From assembly GCA_964416445.1 (NCBI GenBank), contig CAYQEE010000002.1:42691-106690 (forward strand): a stretch of 64,000 nucleotides of DNA, written 5' to 3'. This DNA comes from an uncultured Gammaproteobacteria bacterium (GTDB taxonomy: Bacteria; Patescibacteriota; Microgenomatia; Levybacterales; UBA12049). The notes under the pieces were generated by a model. That model searched no databases and was not told the origin of the DNA. It saw only the letters and a list, made by a program, of their open reading frames with translations. Both the position numbers and the translations under genes were made by a program. Shown here one piece after another: positions 34,620 to 44,430 of this stretch; the first letter of the stretch is position 1; the number at the start of each line of letters is the position of its first letter.

Positions 34620-36152
34620 TTATATTTTAGTATACACGCCTCTCTTATCCTTTGAGAGTGCCATTGCGATATCTCTCATCACATTATCAGCAAATACTTG
34701 ATTTTTTTGTCCGATTGAGTTCCCTGGTAATTGATCTGCTTCATAAGTTTGTGGCTTTGTAAATATTACCTTATGAATAAAAGAACCATTTGACAACATT
34801 TCTTCACTGAAGGCTACTCCTACCACTGGGGCATGACTTTGCCTTGCGAGTAACCCTATTCCGCGTTGTGGACGTAACACTTCCTCTGCAGGAACCCCCT
34901 CAGGAGAAAGTAGAACAGCCTTGCCCTGATTGAGCGAATTAAGACAACTGTCCATAAAATTTGTTCCTTTCTTGTTTGCATTTGAAACATCAATCATATC
35001 AATATCATATAACTGACTAGCGCGCTCAACGCATTTATCGAGTAACCAAGGGAATTGTCTTTTGAGTAATTTCGGAGCTGTTTCAATGAAATAATTTAAA
35101 TACGCTACTAAAGCAATTCCTTTAGAATCTCTTTTCCCCTTTACTTCCTTAATCAGTGTTGCTAGTTCCCAGTTACTCGGTATTTGTCTATCCTTCCATC
35201 TATCTGTCATATGAGAGAATGCAATAACAACTGGACCACTTTTCGGAATATTCTCTACACCTTCAACATGTATATCTTCAGGCAGATCTAATATTGTCTC
35301 CATATCATGTCTAAAATCACGTGTTTGTGGGTTAGCTACCATTGATAGTAACATTAAAGGATGAGCAAGAAATCTTAACGTTGTTTCCATTTTAGACTTT
35401 TTATATGTGCTAATCTGATTTCCATTTAATGCATCTAAATCACGAACATTTATTTGATTCATACCACTGATCGTACTGGCTTGATGCACAGTATGTAATG
35501 CATCTCCACTAATTCGCATGAGATCAGTTATATATATCGTTTTCCCACGTGTATGTGAGAGAACTTTACGATTAATATTATTACTAACCTCAAGCATATC
35601 TAGTATTTCTCTTCGCATAACCCAAGTTTCTTCGGGTGATTTGTTAGGAACAATTACATTTGCGGCTTCTGATTCAACACGGTGTTTATAGGCACCAAAG
35701 TTTTCCTGATGAGCCATAGGAGGAAACATGCTCGAAAATGAATTTATCTGTTCTTCATTAAGGTTATGATAATCTGAACGCAAAAAGTATTCAAGAATTG
35801 CAAAAGCAGCTTGTGTATTAATTTCTCCCCGTTTTACCCTTTTCAACAATATGGGCGAATAACTCTCCAGTATTCTTTCATCTACAATAAAAGATTTATC
35901 AATAGTTGGTTGTTTATATTCAGCAGGACGAATATTTTGGGCAAGTTGTAAGCGAATAAAATATTTATCAATGACATTATTTAACGCATTATTCCAAGCT
36001 GCCCCTCTTGCTTCTAGTGGCTTGCTTGTATCCATACACGTACGCACATCTTGGCTAATTCTTTGAGTAAGGACGCGTTCTTTTTGTAATCTATTTTCTT
36101 TAACTACCTCACGTGCAATGGGTGTACGCAGTAATGCTCCTTCAAAAACCAT
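34620..36152 (-). CDS. Hypothetical 510-aa protein: N-terminal domain paralogous to the 640-aa neighbour; C-terminal PlsC-like (lysophospholipid) acyltransferase-like domain
   Basis: The C-terminus …EGVENIPKSGPVVIAFSHMTDRWKD…LLSPEGVPAEE…APVVGVAF resembles acyltransferase motifs I (xH…D) and III (FPEG). This call is tentative. Confidence 0.5.
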   Translation of the reverse strand: MVFEGALLRTPIAREVVKENRLQKERVLTQRISQDVRTCMDTSKPLEARGAAWNNALNNVIDKYFIRLQLAQNIRPAEYKQPTIDKSFIVDERILESYSPILLKRVKRGEINTQAAFAILEYFLRSDYHNLNEEQINSFSSMFPPMAHQENFGAYKHRVESEAANVIVPNKSPEETWVMRREILDMLEVSNNINRKVLSHTRGKTIYITDLMRISGDALHTVHQASTISGMNQINVRDLDALNGNQISTYKKSKMETTLRFLAHPLMLLSMVANPQTRDFRHDMETILDLPEDIHVEGVENIPKSGPVVIAFSHMTDRWKDRQIPSNWELATLIKEVKGKRDSKGIALVAYLNYFIETAPKLLKRQFPWLLDKCVERASQLYDIDMIDVSNANKKGTNFMDSCLNSLNQGKAVLLSPEGVPAEEVLRPQRGIGLLARQSHAPVVGVAFSEEMLSNGSFIHKVIFTKPQTYEADQLPGNSIGQKNQVFADNVMRDIAMALSKDKRGVYTKI

Positions 36153-36159
36153 AGATATA

Positions 36160-38943
36160 TTATTGTCCTCCTGCTCCTACTACAATTTTTTCATTAAATG
36201 CACCAAAGATACCACTCTCTCCTGCATGAGCTGCAGCTAGATACCAGTCGCCATGGTCTTCCCAAGGTATTGATCTCCAAATATTAATCCATGTGGGAGA
36301 AGGTTGATCAGTAATAAATTTCTGAAAAGTCTGAGCGACATCTACGGGATTTTGATCTTGATACCCAAGTAATCGACGTCTATGGAGATTTTGAGCAGCA
36401 TCCATTAGTCCTTTAATAGCAACCTGATTCAAAAGTAAAAGGCTTTCCCGTGAATACCCTCGAGCAGCAACGTTCTCGGTAGGATTTTTTCGGGCTATTT
36501 TAGGTCCGACACCTCTTTTCTTGTCTTCAATAGCGGTAGCAGATGAATACGGACCATTATACAGAGCTTCAAACACTAAAAGCATATTATATGGATCGAG
36601 ATTAATTCCTGCATTCCCATTATCTTGCAAAAATCCATGCACGTGAGGAACATTCAATCTTGCATATTCACTGATATCTAAAAATTGTCCATCAACTACC
36701 TTTGCAGGATCAAGATCTTTTAAAAGAGCTTCAAATTTTAGAAACGTTTTTCCTGATCCACAGATTTGATCAGTAAGAATTACTTTTTTTGCTTTATCAA
36801 TACCTAATTGTTTAATGTATTTCTTATAGGTTTCTCGAAATTGAGCATCATCATCAAAACGATCAACAAATGCTCTCGAGACATGCATATATTTTATTTG
36901 ATCAGCTTTCACTCCCTTGTATACATCTGGTTCAAGGAATCTCATTAATTTTGCAACGACAGCCATTCCTAATCCATCACGTGCTAGGCATAACATCATA
37001 TCCATCTCCCCATTTGCTAATCTTTTAAGCTGTTGGTCAACAAGAGCTAAATAAGCAGGACCTGTTACTTCTCTTGATTTGTGATATATTTCCTGTGCCA
37101 TTTCACGCATTCGTGCACGTTCATGTGCAGGAACATGATAATTTTCCATCATTTGATCTATTTCAGCTTTTGCTTCTTGATTTTGTGAGTATAGATGCGC
37201 TTGGAGTGCTCTCTCTGCATAACCGGAATAATTATTATGATAAAAATCAGCTTTATCGAGATCTCTGTATGCAGTTAAATCTGGATTATTATATTGAATC
37301 GCATTCGCTCCTGCATTTTTTCCTCCCATTGCATCGTCCCAGGGATTATCTCCTACATGAATAATACGATCATAGCCACTAACTCCTAATTTATCCCATG
37401 AATAATGAAAAAAGTCTGTTATATGAGGTTTTTTCATTTTTCCCATCTGAGAAGAATAACTAATCGCAGCTTGATCAAGATTGTTACGATCAAAATTATA
37501 AAAATATTCCAGTAATCCAAATTTATGTAATACCCGTCTAATATGCTCACCAGACCAGGATGCATTTGAAGTTAATGCAACTTTGACTCCCATTGCATTA
37601 AGCTGTCGTAATGTATCTAACGCTCCCGGCATCGCACATGCGGTCTCTAATTCTACCGTATACCATGATTTTACTAAGTCTTGAACAATTTGATTGCGTA
37701 ATTGAGATGCATTGTTAGCTGGTTCACTTTTCGTAACAAATCTATTCCATAATTTAGCTACTCCTCTACTTTGACCCTGAACCTGATCTTGTAAATGGGT
37801 GATATTTTTTAGTCGAATGACATCATCTAACATCCACTTCATCGTTTCTTCAATTTTTACTTCATTTCCCGCTGCTTGGAATTCATCCCAACGTTTTCGC
37901 CAAGCTTCCCTACTAATTTGAGCAAATTCTGCTTCAGTCAAGGTGATACCGTATTTTTCCTCAAGTATTGTTACTGCTAATGTATCCATTCGATCTCTTC
38001 TTTCCTCTTGGCCACTTGACCATTGCACAAGAGTATCATACATATCAAAAGATACCGCTTCAATTTCAGGATGATTACGAGTTATATCAAGTATTTGTGT
38101 TAAATTTTGAATTTCTGTTGGCATTTTATCTTTTTCCACAATCGCCTCTACGAGCATTCGCATACTATCATTGGTAAAACAATCTCTAAATTCATTATTT
38201 GCACTTACAGCTATTCCAACAAAATTTGCAAGAGGAACTCGATCAGGATTCGCTGATTGCGCCTGGACTGACTCTAATGCATGAGCTCGCATCAATGTAT
38301 CTGCAACTAAATTTCCAATATCATTATCAAACATATTAATTTTTGACAAATCTTGATGAGCAACAATAAAACTAATTGCTCGTGCTCGGTCAAGAGGTGT
38401 CATGTCATATTCTCCAGTTTCCATAACAGAAGCGAATGCTACTGCTTGCGATTTGCTAATTCTTTTAGAACGATACATTTGCTCGAGTACTGTGCCCCCA
38501 TGCAATCGTAAATACTGTAAATCTCGTTCAGTTGCTAAATCTGGCGTGTAGTCTTCTTCTGTTGTTCGAATTGTTGCTTGGGTCTCTTTTCTTTTTGCAT
38601 AATCAGACATAAGAAGGTCCATTACTTTTGCTGCTGAAGCATTATCCATAGAATTACTCCCTGCCATTACTTCATTTGCGAAAGCAATTGATACTAACCG
38701 AGTACGGGCGTAATTTGACAAGCCATCAAAATTAGCTGTCATAAAACGAACTCTATCTAAAGCTGCATCTGAAACAGTAATATTCATCGCTATAGCAGTT
38801 TCATGGAGTGATACTTTGTTTTTTGACGATATTATTGCATTAAGATTTCGTTGCGTATTATCAACACTAGGAATACTATTAATCTTTGTTGTAGATTCTT
38901 GCGGTAAAGTCCCATTTGATTCAACTAATAAAACATCTGACAT
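36160..38943 (-). CDS. Large (927 aa) protein with an embedded HAD-superfamily hydrolase domain
   Basis: HAD motif I VSFDMYDTLV. Motif II …LTSNAS…. Motif III K (KKPHITDFF). Motif IV HVGDNPWDDAMGGKNAG. Downstream is a P-loop-like string ILTDQICGSGKTFL. N- and C-terminal regions are unassigned. Confidence 0.6.
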   Translation of the reverse strand: MSDVLLVESNGTLPQESTTKINSIPSVDNTQRNLNAIISSKNKVSLHETAIAMNITVSDAALDRVRFMTANFDGLSNYARTRLVSIAFANEVMAGSNSMDNASAAKVMDLLMSDYAKRKETQATIRTTEEDYTPDLATERDLQYLRLHGGTVLEQMYRSKRISKSQAVAFASVMETGEYDMTPLDRARAISFIVAHQDLSKINMFDNDIGNLVADTLMRAHALESVQAQSANPDRVPLANFVGIAVSANNEFRDCFTNDSMRMLVEAIVEKDKMPTEIQNLTQILDITRNHPEIEAVSFDMYDTLVQWSSGQEERRDRMDTLAVTILEEKYGITLTEAEFAQISREAWRKRWDEFQAAGNEVKIEETMKWMLDDVIRLKNITHLQDQVQGQSRGVAKLWNRFVTKSEPANNASQLRNQIVQDLVKSWYTVELETACAMPGALDTLRQLNAMGVKVALTSNASWSGEHIRRVLHKFGLLEYFYNFDRNNLDQAAISYSSQMGKMKKPHITDFFHYSWDKLGVSGYDRIIHVGDNPWDDAMGGKNAGANAIQYNNPDLTAYRDLDKADFYHNNYSGYAERALQAHLYSQNQEAKAEIDQMMENYHVPAHERARMREMAQEIYHKSREVTGPAYLALVDQQLKRLANGEMDMMLCLARDGLGMAVVAKLMRFLEPDVYKGVKADQIKYMHVSRAFVDRFDDDAQFRETYKKYIKQLGIDKAKKVILTDQICGSGKTFLKFEALLKDLDPAKVVDGQFLDISEYARLNVPHVHGFLQDNGNAGINLDPYNMLLVFEALYNGPYSSATAIEDKKRGVGPKIARKNPTENVAARGYSRESLLLLNQVAIKGLMDAAQNLHRRRLLGYQDQNPVDVAQTFQKFITDQPSPTWINIWRSIPWEDHGDWYLAAAHAGESGIFGAFNEKIVVGAGGQ

Positions 38944-39078
38944 AATTATAAATTTATTAGATCAACTATTTCACTAGCTGCATCGTTTGTGTTTTCATTT
39001 TGAACAATTTCGTCTAACTTATCATTATAATAAGAGACCTCTTCAGGTAATGAATCTTTTTTACGGTTACTTTCTTTT

Positions 39079-42000
39079 TTATTGTAAGGTAAGGTCTTTA
39101 GTTTTTTCATACAAGGTAATAAAAAGGAATAATTTATCATCAACGTCTGGCGCACTAAGATTAATTAACGGTCGTTGTGATAAAAATTTCGCTAATAAAA
39201 TTGATACTCCTCGAGATAAATTAGGATCAATTGATAAATCTGGGAATAAAACAGCTAATGCATTTACTCTATCTATGAGATTAATATCAAGGGATGGCTC
39301 TTCTTTCATACTTTCCTGAGGAGGATTCTTTTTAAGCCATACGACCATCTCTCTAAACCATCCGGCAGCTGTAGATTCACTTACGCCTGCAAGAAGAGCT
39401 TCATCCTTAAATTCTCTTGATCTGTTTAACGCGAGCGAGCGAGATTCTGCTGCTATTGGGGAGAGATGTTCATCAGCTAAAAATAGCTCGAGGTTCATTT
39501 GATCAACAGCAACAAATCCTTCTGGAGATTGATTCAGCTGGGCTAATTGTTCAAGTGATGGATTGAGAGGAGTATAAGGTGGAGCAGATGGTGCTGTATT
39601 TGGTTGACTCTCTACTGGTTGTTGCACTGGTCTTTGAGGTTCTGGTGTTAAAAGATTATCAAGAGCCTGTTGCAGTTGAGGCGTTATCGGAACATCTGCA
39701 TTTTGAGGTTGCGATCCTCCACCCGGAAGAGTTGGAGTTTCAACAGGTGGTACTCCCCTTCCATTTACTTCTTGAGAAATAGGTGCAACTGGAGAAACTT
39801 GGGGGGTATTAGGCCGAGGATAAGTAGGAACATTCATTCCATTCCCCGATCCTGCTTCAATAGGCGTTTGCGGTAGTGGAATACCTCCTACTGGTTGATT
39901 AAGTTGCGATGGCCCAGAAGCTTGCCGATTCCCTGGCATTGGAATATTAACTCCATACTGATACGGATTATTTACATTAATTTGTGGTTGTGGTGGAATA
40001 TTTGGGCTACCGGGAGGAGGAGTAATATTTGGACCATATTGATAGGGATTATTAGGAGTTTGCGGTACGTTTGGTGATGGCTGAATATTAGCGCCTGATT
40101 GGTAGGGAGAATTTGGAGCCAAAGGTGGTGTGGGAACATTCCCAACTGCTGCCGGTATTGGTGGTACATTCGGAGTAGTTGGAACCGGTGGAAGATTTGG
40201 GTTACCTCCATTATTTTGAGGCCCCGGCGCTTGATTAATAGGAGGAATATGGACTTTCTTTTTCTTTGGTGGTTCAGGAGGAGGAAGTCCAATACCAGGG
40301 AGATTTTGTTGATTATTTATATTTGGGCTAATGGGAGCATTAAGTGCAGCATTTGCGGGAGATAACGCATTCGCATTATAAGCGTTATTGGGAATTTGAG
40401 GCCTATTCTGTCGTGCAAACCCACTCGAACTGTATGGACTATTTGGGTTATAAGGACTATACGGATTATATGGACTATATGGACTCGGAATAATTGGAGG
40501 TGGAACTTGCGGAATGGGAGGAAGGCCTGGTGGAATTGTCGGACCGGGTGTTCGATCAACTAAGTCTCGCGGGTTAAAGATTAAAGGAAGAATAGGAGCA
40601 TCTATTGGTCCACCTGGCCCTGGTATGTTTTGCGGTACAACTCCAAAATCAATTTCGTTTATTGGTGTCGTAATTGCAGTTCTTGGTACAATAGAGACAG
40701 TTGCAGTAGATGTTTCGTTAAAGGGACGTGAAGCAAAGAAATGCATTGTAATTCCTTTTGTTCCATGTTGGATCCAATTAGAAGATTCTATAATCTGTCC
40801 ATTCGAATCAGTTGGAACACCCGCACCAACCCAGGCAACGAGTTCATTCGGCGTTCCTTGAGGAGTTTGTAATTCCGGAGGAAGAATTGCTGTACCATCC
40901 TTGCCACATGGTAACCAAAGTTCTTGACCACTTTTCAAACGTACAACCATAACCATTTTATCGTGTGGAATTTGGGGAGGATGGAGTAAATCGGTAATAT
41001 TTTTGTTTACATCAATAATATGTTGTAATTCTGTATCGTTATGATTTCCTAAGAATTTTGTATACTCAGAAATCAATGCTTGATATTTATCAGGATGGGT
41101 AAGCGCGTCTTTCGGCAATAATCCTGCTTCAACAAGACCTTGTATACGAGACTCAAGACCAAATTGCTCTGCGGTAATTGGATTTGCTAATACTCCCCCA
41201 AAGTTTAATGCCCCTTTATGGTTAAACCAGTTGCCTCCATTCGTCCAATCACGACCATCTCCCCAATGTAAATCTAATTCTAATCCTGCATACTGCTGAG
41301 GTACTCCTCCATTCATTCTTGTTAAATTGGTATAGTCACTAAATATATGATGATAACTCTCACCATAGTTTTGTGATTCAATATATGCTCCATATTCAGT
41401 AAGTAAATCTGGATGATGTTGGTAGAGATTATTCCAAGCATCGTTGAGTTGTTGAACTGTTTTAGGATTGTCTACAACTGCCCATAAATTTGCACTTGGA
41501 TCTGAAGCATTTTGAGGATCGAGAACGAGATTTCCATTTGCATCATGAGACATAATGAAGGTATAGTCATGTCCATTATGATCAATAACTGTTCGCATAT
41601 GGGACAAATCAACATTTTTGACATGATAACCGTCGGGTAAATAAAAATTAATTCCTGATTTATCGTGAATAAGATGACCATAATTTTGTTCTGATTGAAT
41701 TATTTTAAGTATTTCACTATCGTTTCCATGATTTGTGAGATCCCATTGTTTGAAGGCAGTCTCAACATGGCCTTTTTGTAATAATGCATGTTCTTTTGTC
41801 GCTATTTGAAAGTCAGAAGGCAATACATCATGACTGCTTAAAGGTGCACCTAAATGCCCTCCATTAATATCACTAATATATTGATAATTATATGTTTTGC
41901 CAGTAACATGATCGATAAAGGTAATTCTATGCTGTCCTGTTAAAGACGCGTCCCATCCTTTCGGTAAATTTAGCTGTAAATTGTTTGCCACTTTATCAAT

Positions 42001-43887
42001 ATGAAATCCTGGTCCCGAGGAGATAAGATTTGGTTGACGATGAAATATTGTATCAATTGTATTTCCTACGTTATGAACCCCAGCCGCAATTGATTGTCCA
42101 GCCTCACCAATTACTTGTCCTGGATGAGATACTGTTTGCACAGCATCGCTCACTAATTGTCCCGGATGTTGTGCAATCGTCTCAATAACCGTTGGTGCAA
42201 CAACTTGATGAAGTACATCTCTTTCAAATAAGGCAATTGCTTCTTGATCAATAAGTCCAAGAGTAATTGCTGAGATAGCAGCAATACCTGCCTGTCTTCT
42301 TCCTTGCGCACTAATATATGCTTTTGCACGTTTATCCTTTATTTCAATATCTTTTTGAATTTTATCCTTCCAGGCCTGTTTAAATCGCTCTATTAATGTA
42401 TTGACATCCGCTTCAGCCATCCCATCATCAATAAGCGATTGACGCAGTGCTGTGGCTTCATGCTCTAATTCTTTTTCTTTGGGTTTTATACTTTTATCTT
42501 CAAAATTAATAAGTCCTTTATTTAATAATCGATAATCTAATCTTGTGATAATCTCAGCTGCTCGTTCAGCGACCTTATCTCTATCAGATCCATGATTATA
42601 CGTTACCGTATGCAAAGCATTTTTCAATTCAGCAACTGATTTTCGCTGAATACCATATAGATCAGCTCCTCCTCCATTCATAAGCTCGCTATATGACGCC
42701 ATTTCATATTCAGTTGCTCGTAACGCTTCACGACGTTTTACTTCTCCCCTGGCAAGAAATTCTTTAACAAACTGAGGAGTTATTTTTGAAGGAATTTTCT
42801 TATATTCTCGGTTGAGTAAATAATTTTTTGCTCTCCCCGGCGCTAATTTAGCAATTCCTCTCAGAATTAATCCTGGAGGCTTAGGTGCTCTGGGACCAGG
42901 TGGAGTAGCATAATCTCCACCATATTCCCCTGCAGCTCGTCCTTTTTGAATATCTTTTTTCGCCTCATACCTTCCTCTGAAGCCAGCTATAACCACACCA
43001 ATTGTCGTACCAACAGCAGCTCCTGCAACAGGAATAAATCTTCTCGCCGCACCGGAAACAAGTCGCGAAGCGCCAAAAGCAACAATTGAACAGGCAAGTG
43101 CTGCACCAGTAGGACTTAAGAGATATCTCATTCTGGACCGTTGTGACCAACTGATAAACTTATCAAATTTACTCAGTTCAATACCTGTTGCATGAGCCCA
43201 TTTTGGATTCGCGATAAGAATGTTAATATTTTTATCAATTTCAGCTAAGGCATATTTATTCGTATCGATATCCTGTTTACATCGTTGGCCAAATTTTAAA
43301 AATTCGCCTGTCGCAGCAAATTCATCCGCTACGGTTGCAAAAGGATCATCTTTGTTATATATCTTCTTAACAAATTCAGATAGATTTGGGTCCTTACTGT
43401 CTGCGTATCTTCGAGCAAATTCCCGAAGGTAATCGTGCATTGTTGTCTCATCGGTAATTCTTCCATCTATCACTGGTTTCACCAGTTCTTCAATAATTTT
43501 TTCTTTCAAAACACCTTGCGCCTTATGAATATCACGAGCTCCTTCTGTCAATTGAGAGGTATATTGCTCGCGAACATGGTGAACTGCCTCTACTTCTTCT
43601 CTATCATGTTGTACCTTTTGTGCCGCTGCTACAGCGGTTGTAGCATCCATAGTAAGGAAGGAATTACCGGCTGCCTTCATGCGCTCTCGTAAATCACGAG
43701 CATTCTTGTAAATATAATAATCTTCAAAGGTGTGTAAACCAATTTTCTTCCAAAATCCTGCGCTCTTCATATCTCTTTCCCATTGAGCACGAGCTTCATA
43801 ATTTGCCCTTTTTGTAAGTTCTTGGCTCTTGTTGGCAATTACTCCAGTATTCTCTGGAGTTACTGGTATATCGGGTGTTACGACCAT
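39079..43887 (-). CDS. Giant (1602 aa) membrane protein: coiled N-terminal region, two TM helices (~aa 255-300), His-rich middle, long proline-rich repetitive region (PYSPYNPYSPYNP; NPYQYGxNI repeats), acidic C-terminal domain
   Basis: ORF track. TM stretch LACSIVAFGASRLVSGAARRFIPVAGAAVGTTIGVVIAGF. A ~450-aa Pro/Asn/Gln-rich low-complexity region. No recognisable catalytic motif. Confidence 0.55.
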   Translation of the reverse strand: MVVTPDIPVTPENTGVIANKSQELTKRANYEARAQWERDMKSAGFWKKIGLHTFEDYYIYKNARDLRERMKAAGNSFLTMDATTAVAAAQKVQHDREEVEAVHHVREQYTSQLTEGARDIHKAQGVLKEKIIEELVKPVIDGRITDETTMHDYLREFARRYADSKDPNLSEFVKKIYNKDDPFATVADEFAATGEFLKFGQRCKQDIDTNKYALAEIDKNINILIANPKWAHATGIELSKFDKFISWSQRSRMRYLLSPTGAALACSIVAFGASRLVSGAARRFIPVAGAAVGTTIGVVIAGFRGRYEAKKDIQKGRAAGEYGGDYATPPGPRAPKPPGLILRGIAKLAPGRAKNYLLNREYKKIPSKITPQFVKEFLARGEVKRREALRATEYEMASYSELMNGGGADLYGIQRKSVAELKNALHTVTYNHGSDRDKVAERAAEIITRLDYRLLNKGLINFEDKSIKPKEKELEHEATALRQSLIDDGMAEADVNTLIERFKQAWKDKIQKDIEIKDKRAKAYISAQGRRQAGIAAISAITLGLIDQEAIALFERDVLHQVVAPTVIETIAQHPGQLVSDAVQTVSHPGQVIGEAGQSIAAGVHNVGNTIDTIFHRQPNLISSGPGFHIDKVANNLQLNLPKGWDASLTGQHRITFIDHVTGKTYNYQYISDINGGHLGAPLSSHDVLPSDFQIATKEHALLQKGHVETAFKQWDLTNHGNDSEILKIIQSEQNYGHLIHDKSGINFYLPDGYHVKNVDLSHMRTVIDHNGHDYTFIMSHDANGNLVLDPQNASDPSANLWAVVDNPKTVQQLNDAWNNLYQHHPDLLTEYGAYIESQNYGESYHHIFSDYTNLTRMNGGVPQQYAGLELDLHWGDGRDWTNGGNWFNHKGALNFGGVLANPITAEQFGLESRIQGLVEAGLLPKDALTHPDKYQALISEYTKFLGNHNDTELQHIIDVNKNITDLLHPPQIPHDKMVMVVRLKSGQELWLPCGKDGTAILPPELQTPQGTPNELVAWVGAGVPTDSNGQIIESSNWIQHGTKGITMHFFASRPFNETSTATVSIVPRTAITTPINEIDFGVVPQNIPGPGGPIDAPILPLIFNPRDLVDRTPGPTIPPGLPPIPQVPPPIIPSPYSPYNPYSPYNPNSPYSSSGFARQNRPQIPNNAYNANALSPANAALNAPISPNINNQQNLPGIGLPPPEPPKKKKVHIPPINQAPGPQNNGGNPNLPPVPTTPNVPPIPAAVGNVPTPPLAPNSPYQSGANIQPSPNVPQTPNNPYQYGPNITPPPGSPNIPPQPQINVNNPYQYGVNIPMPGNRQASGPSQLNQPVGGIPLPQTPIEAGSGNGMNVPTYPRPNTPQVSPVAPISQEVNGRGVPPVETPTLPGGGSQPQNADVPITPQLQQALDNLLTPEPQRPVQQPVESQPNTAPSAPPYTPLNPSLEQLAQLNQSPEGFVAVDQMNLELFLADEHLSPIAAESRSLALNRSREFKDEALLAGVSESTAAGWFREMVVWLKKNPPQESMKEEPSLDINLIDRVNALAVLFPDLSIDPNLSRGVSILLAKFLSQRPLINLSAPDVDDKLFLFITLYEKTKDLTLQ

Positions 43888-44004
43888 ATAATACTCCTAT
43901 TTTAGCACATACGCGTATTAATATTCCCTCGCGCACCTACTAATACTAGCCTATTACAATAGTAAAAAGATTGCAATCACAATGAGGTTTTGGTACTTTA
44001 AAGG

Positions 44005-44364
44005 TTATTTGGTCTGAGGAACATTTTGAAGATACATGTCTCGAAACTCAACAAACGCTCGTTGAATTACCTCTTGAGTATTTGGCATATTATCCTTTAA
44101 AAACTTTTCAACTTCTTCACGAGGTCTCCGTTCATCATTTAACCGGATAAACTCGTCTAATTTATCCGCTGGTAAATTTTCCACTACTTTTATTGCTATA
44201 TATTTATCAAGGCGCTCATACATTTCTTTAAGCATTCCTTGATGAACACTTTCTTCAGCATTATATAGGTTTGCATCGACAAGGATCGTATCTAAATACT
44301 CTTTAATCTCCTTGGGGATAGAATCAAATTCAATGTCTCTCGTATCGTTTTGAGGTGTACTCAT
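44005..44364 (-). CDS. Small acidic hypothetical protein (119 aa)
   Basis: ORF only. No motif recognised. Confidence 0.4.
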   Translation of the reverse strand: MSTPQNDTRDIEFDSIPKEIKEYLDTILVDANLYNAEESVHQGMLKEMYERLDKYIAIKVVENLPADKLDEFIRLNDERRPREEVEKFLKDNMPNTQEVIQRAFVEFRDMYLQNVPQTK

Positions 44365-44430
44365 GTGACTATGATTTCATACTGTCTATTCTTTGTCAAG
44401 AAATATATGAGAACGTTTAGGAAAACATTC

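Noticed and set aside
39579-40861. A series of plus-strand Trp/Arg-rich ORFs (39579..39782, 39670..39876, 39895..40077, 40099..40365, 40514..40861) and minus-strand 39972..40292 and 40317..40559
   Set aside because: They are antisense or out of frame within the proline-rich repeat region of the 1602-aa gene. Their composition (W, R) is the mirror of a CCN/GGN-rich coding strand.
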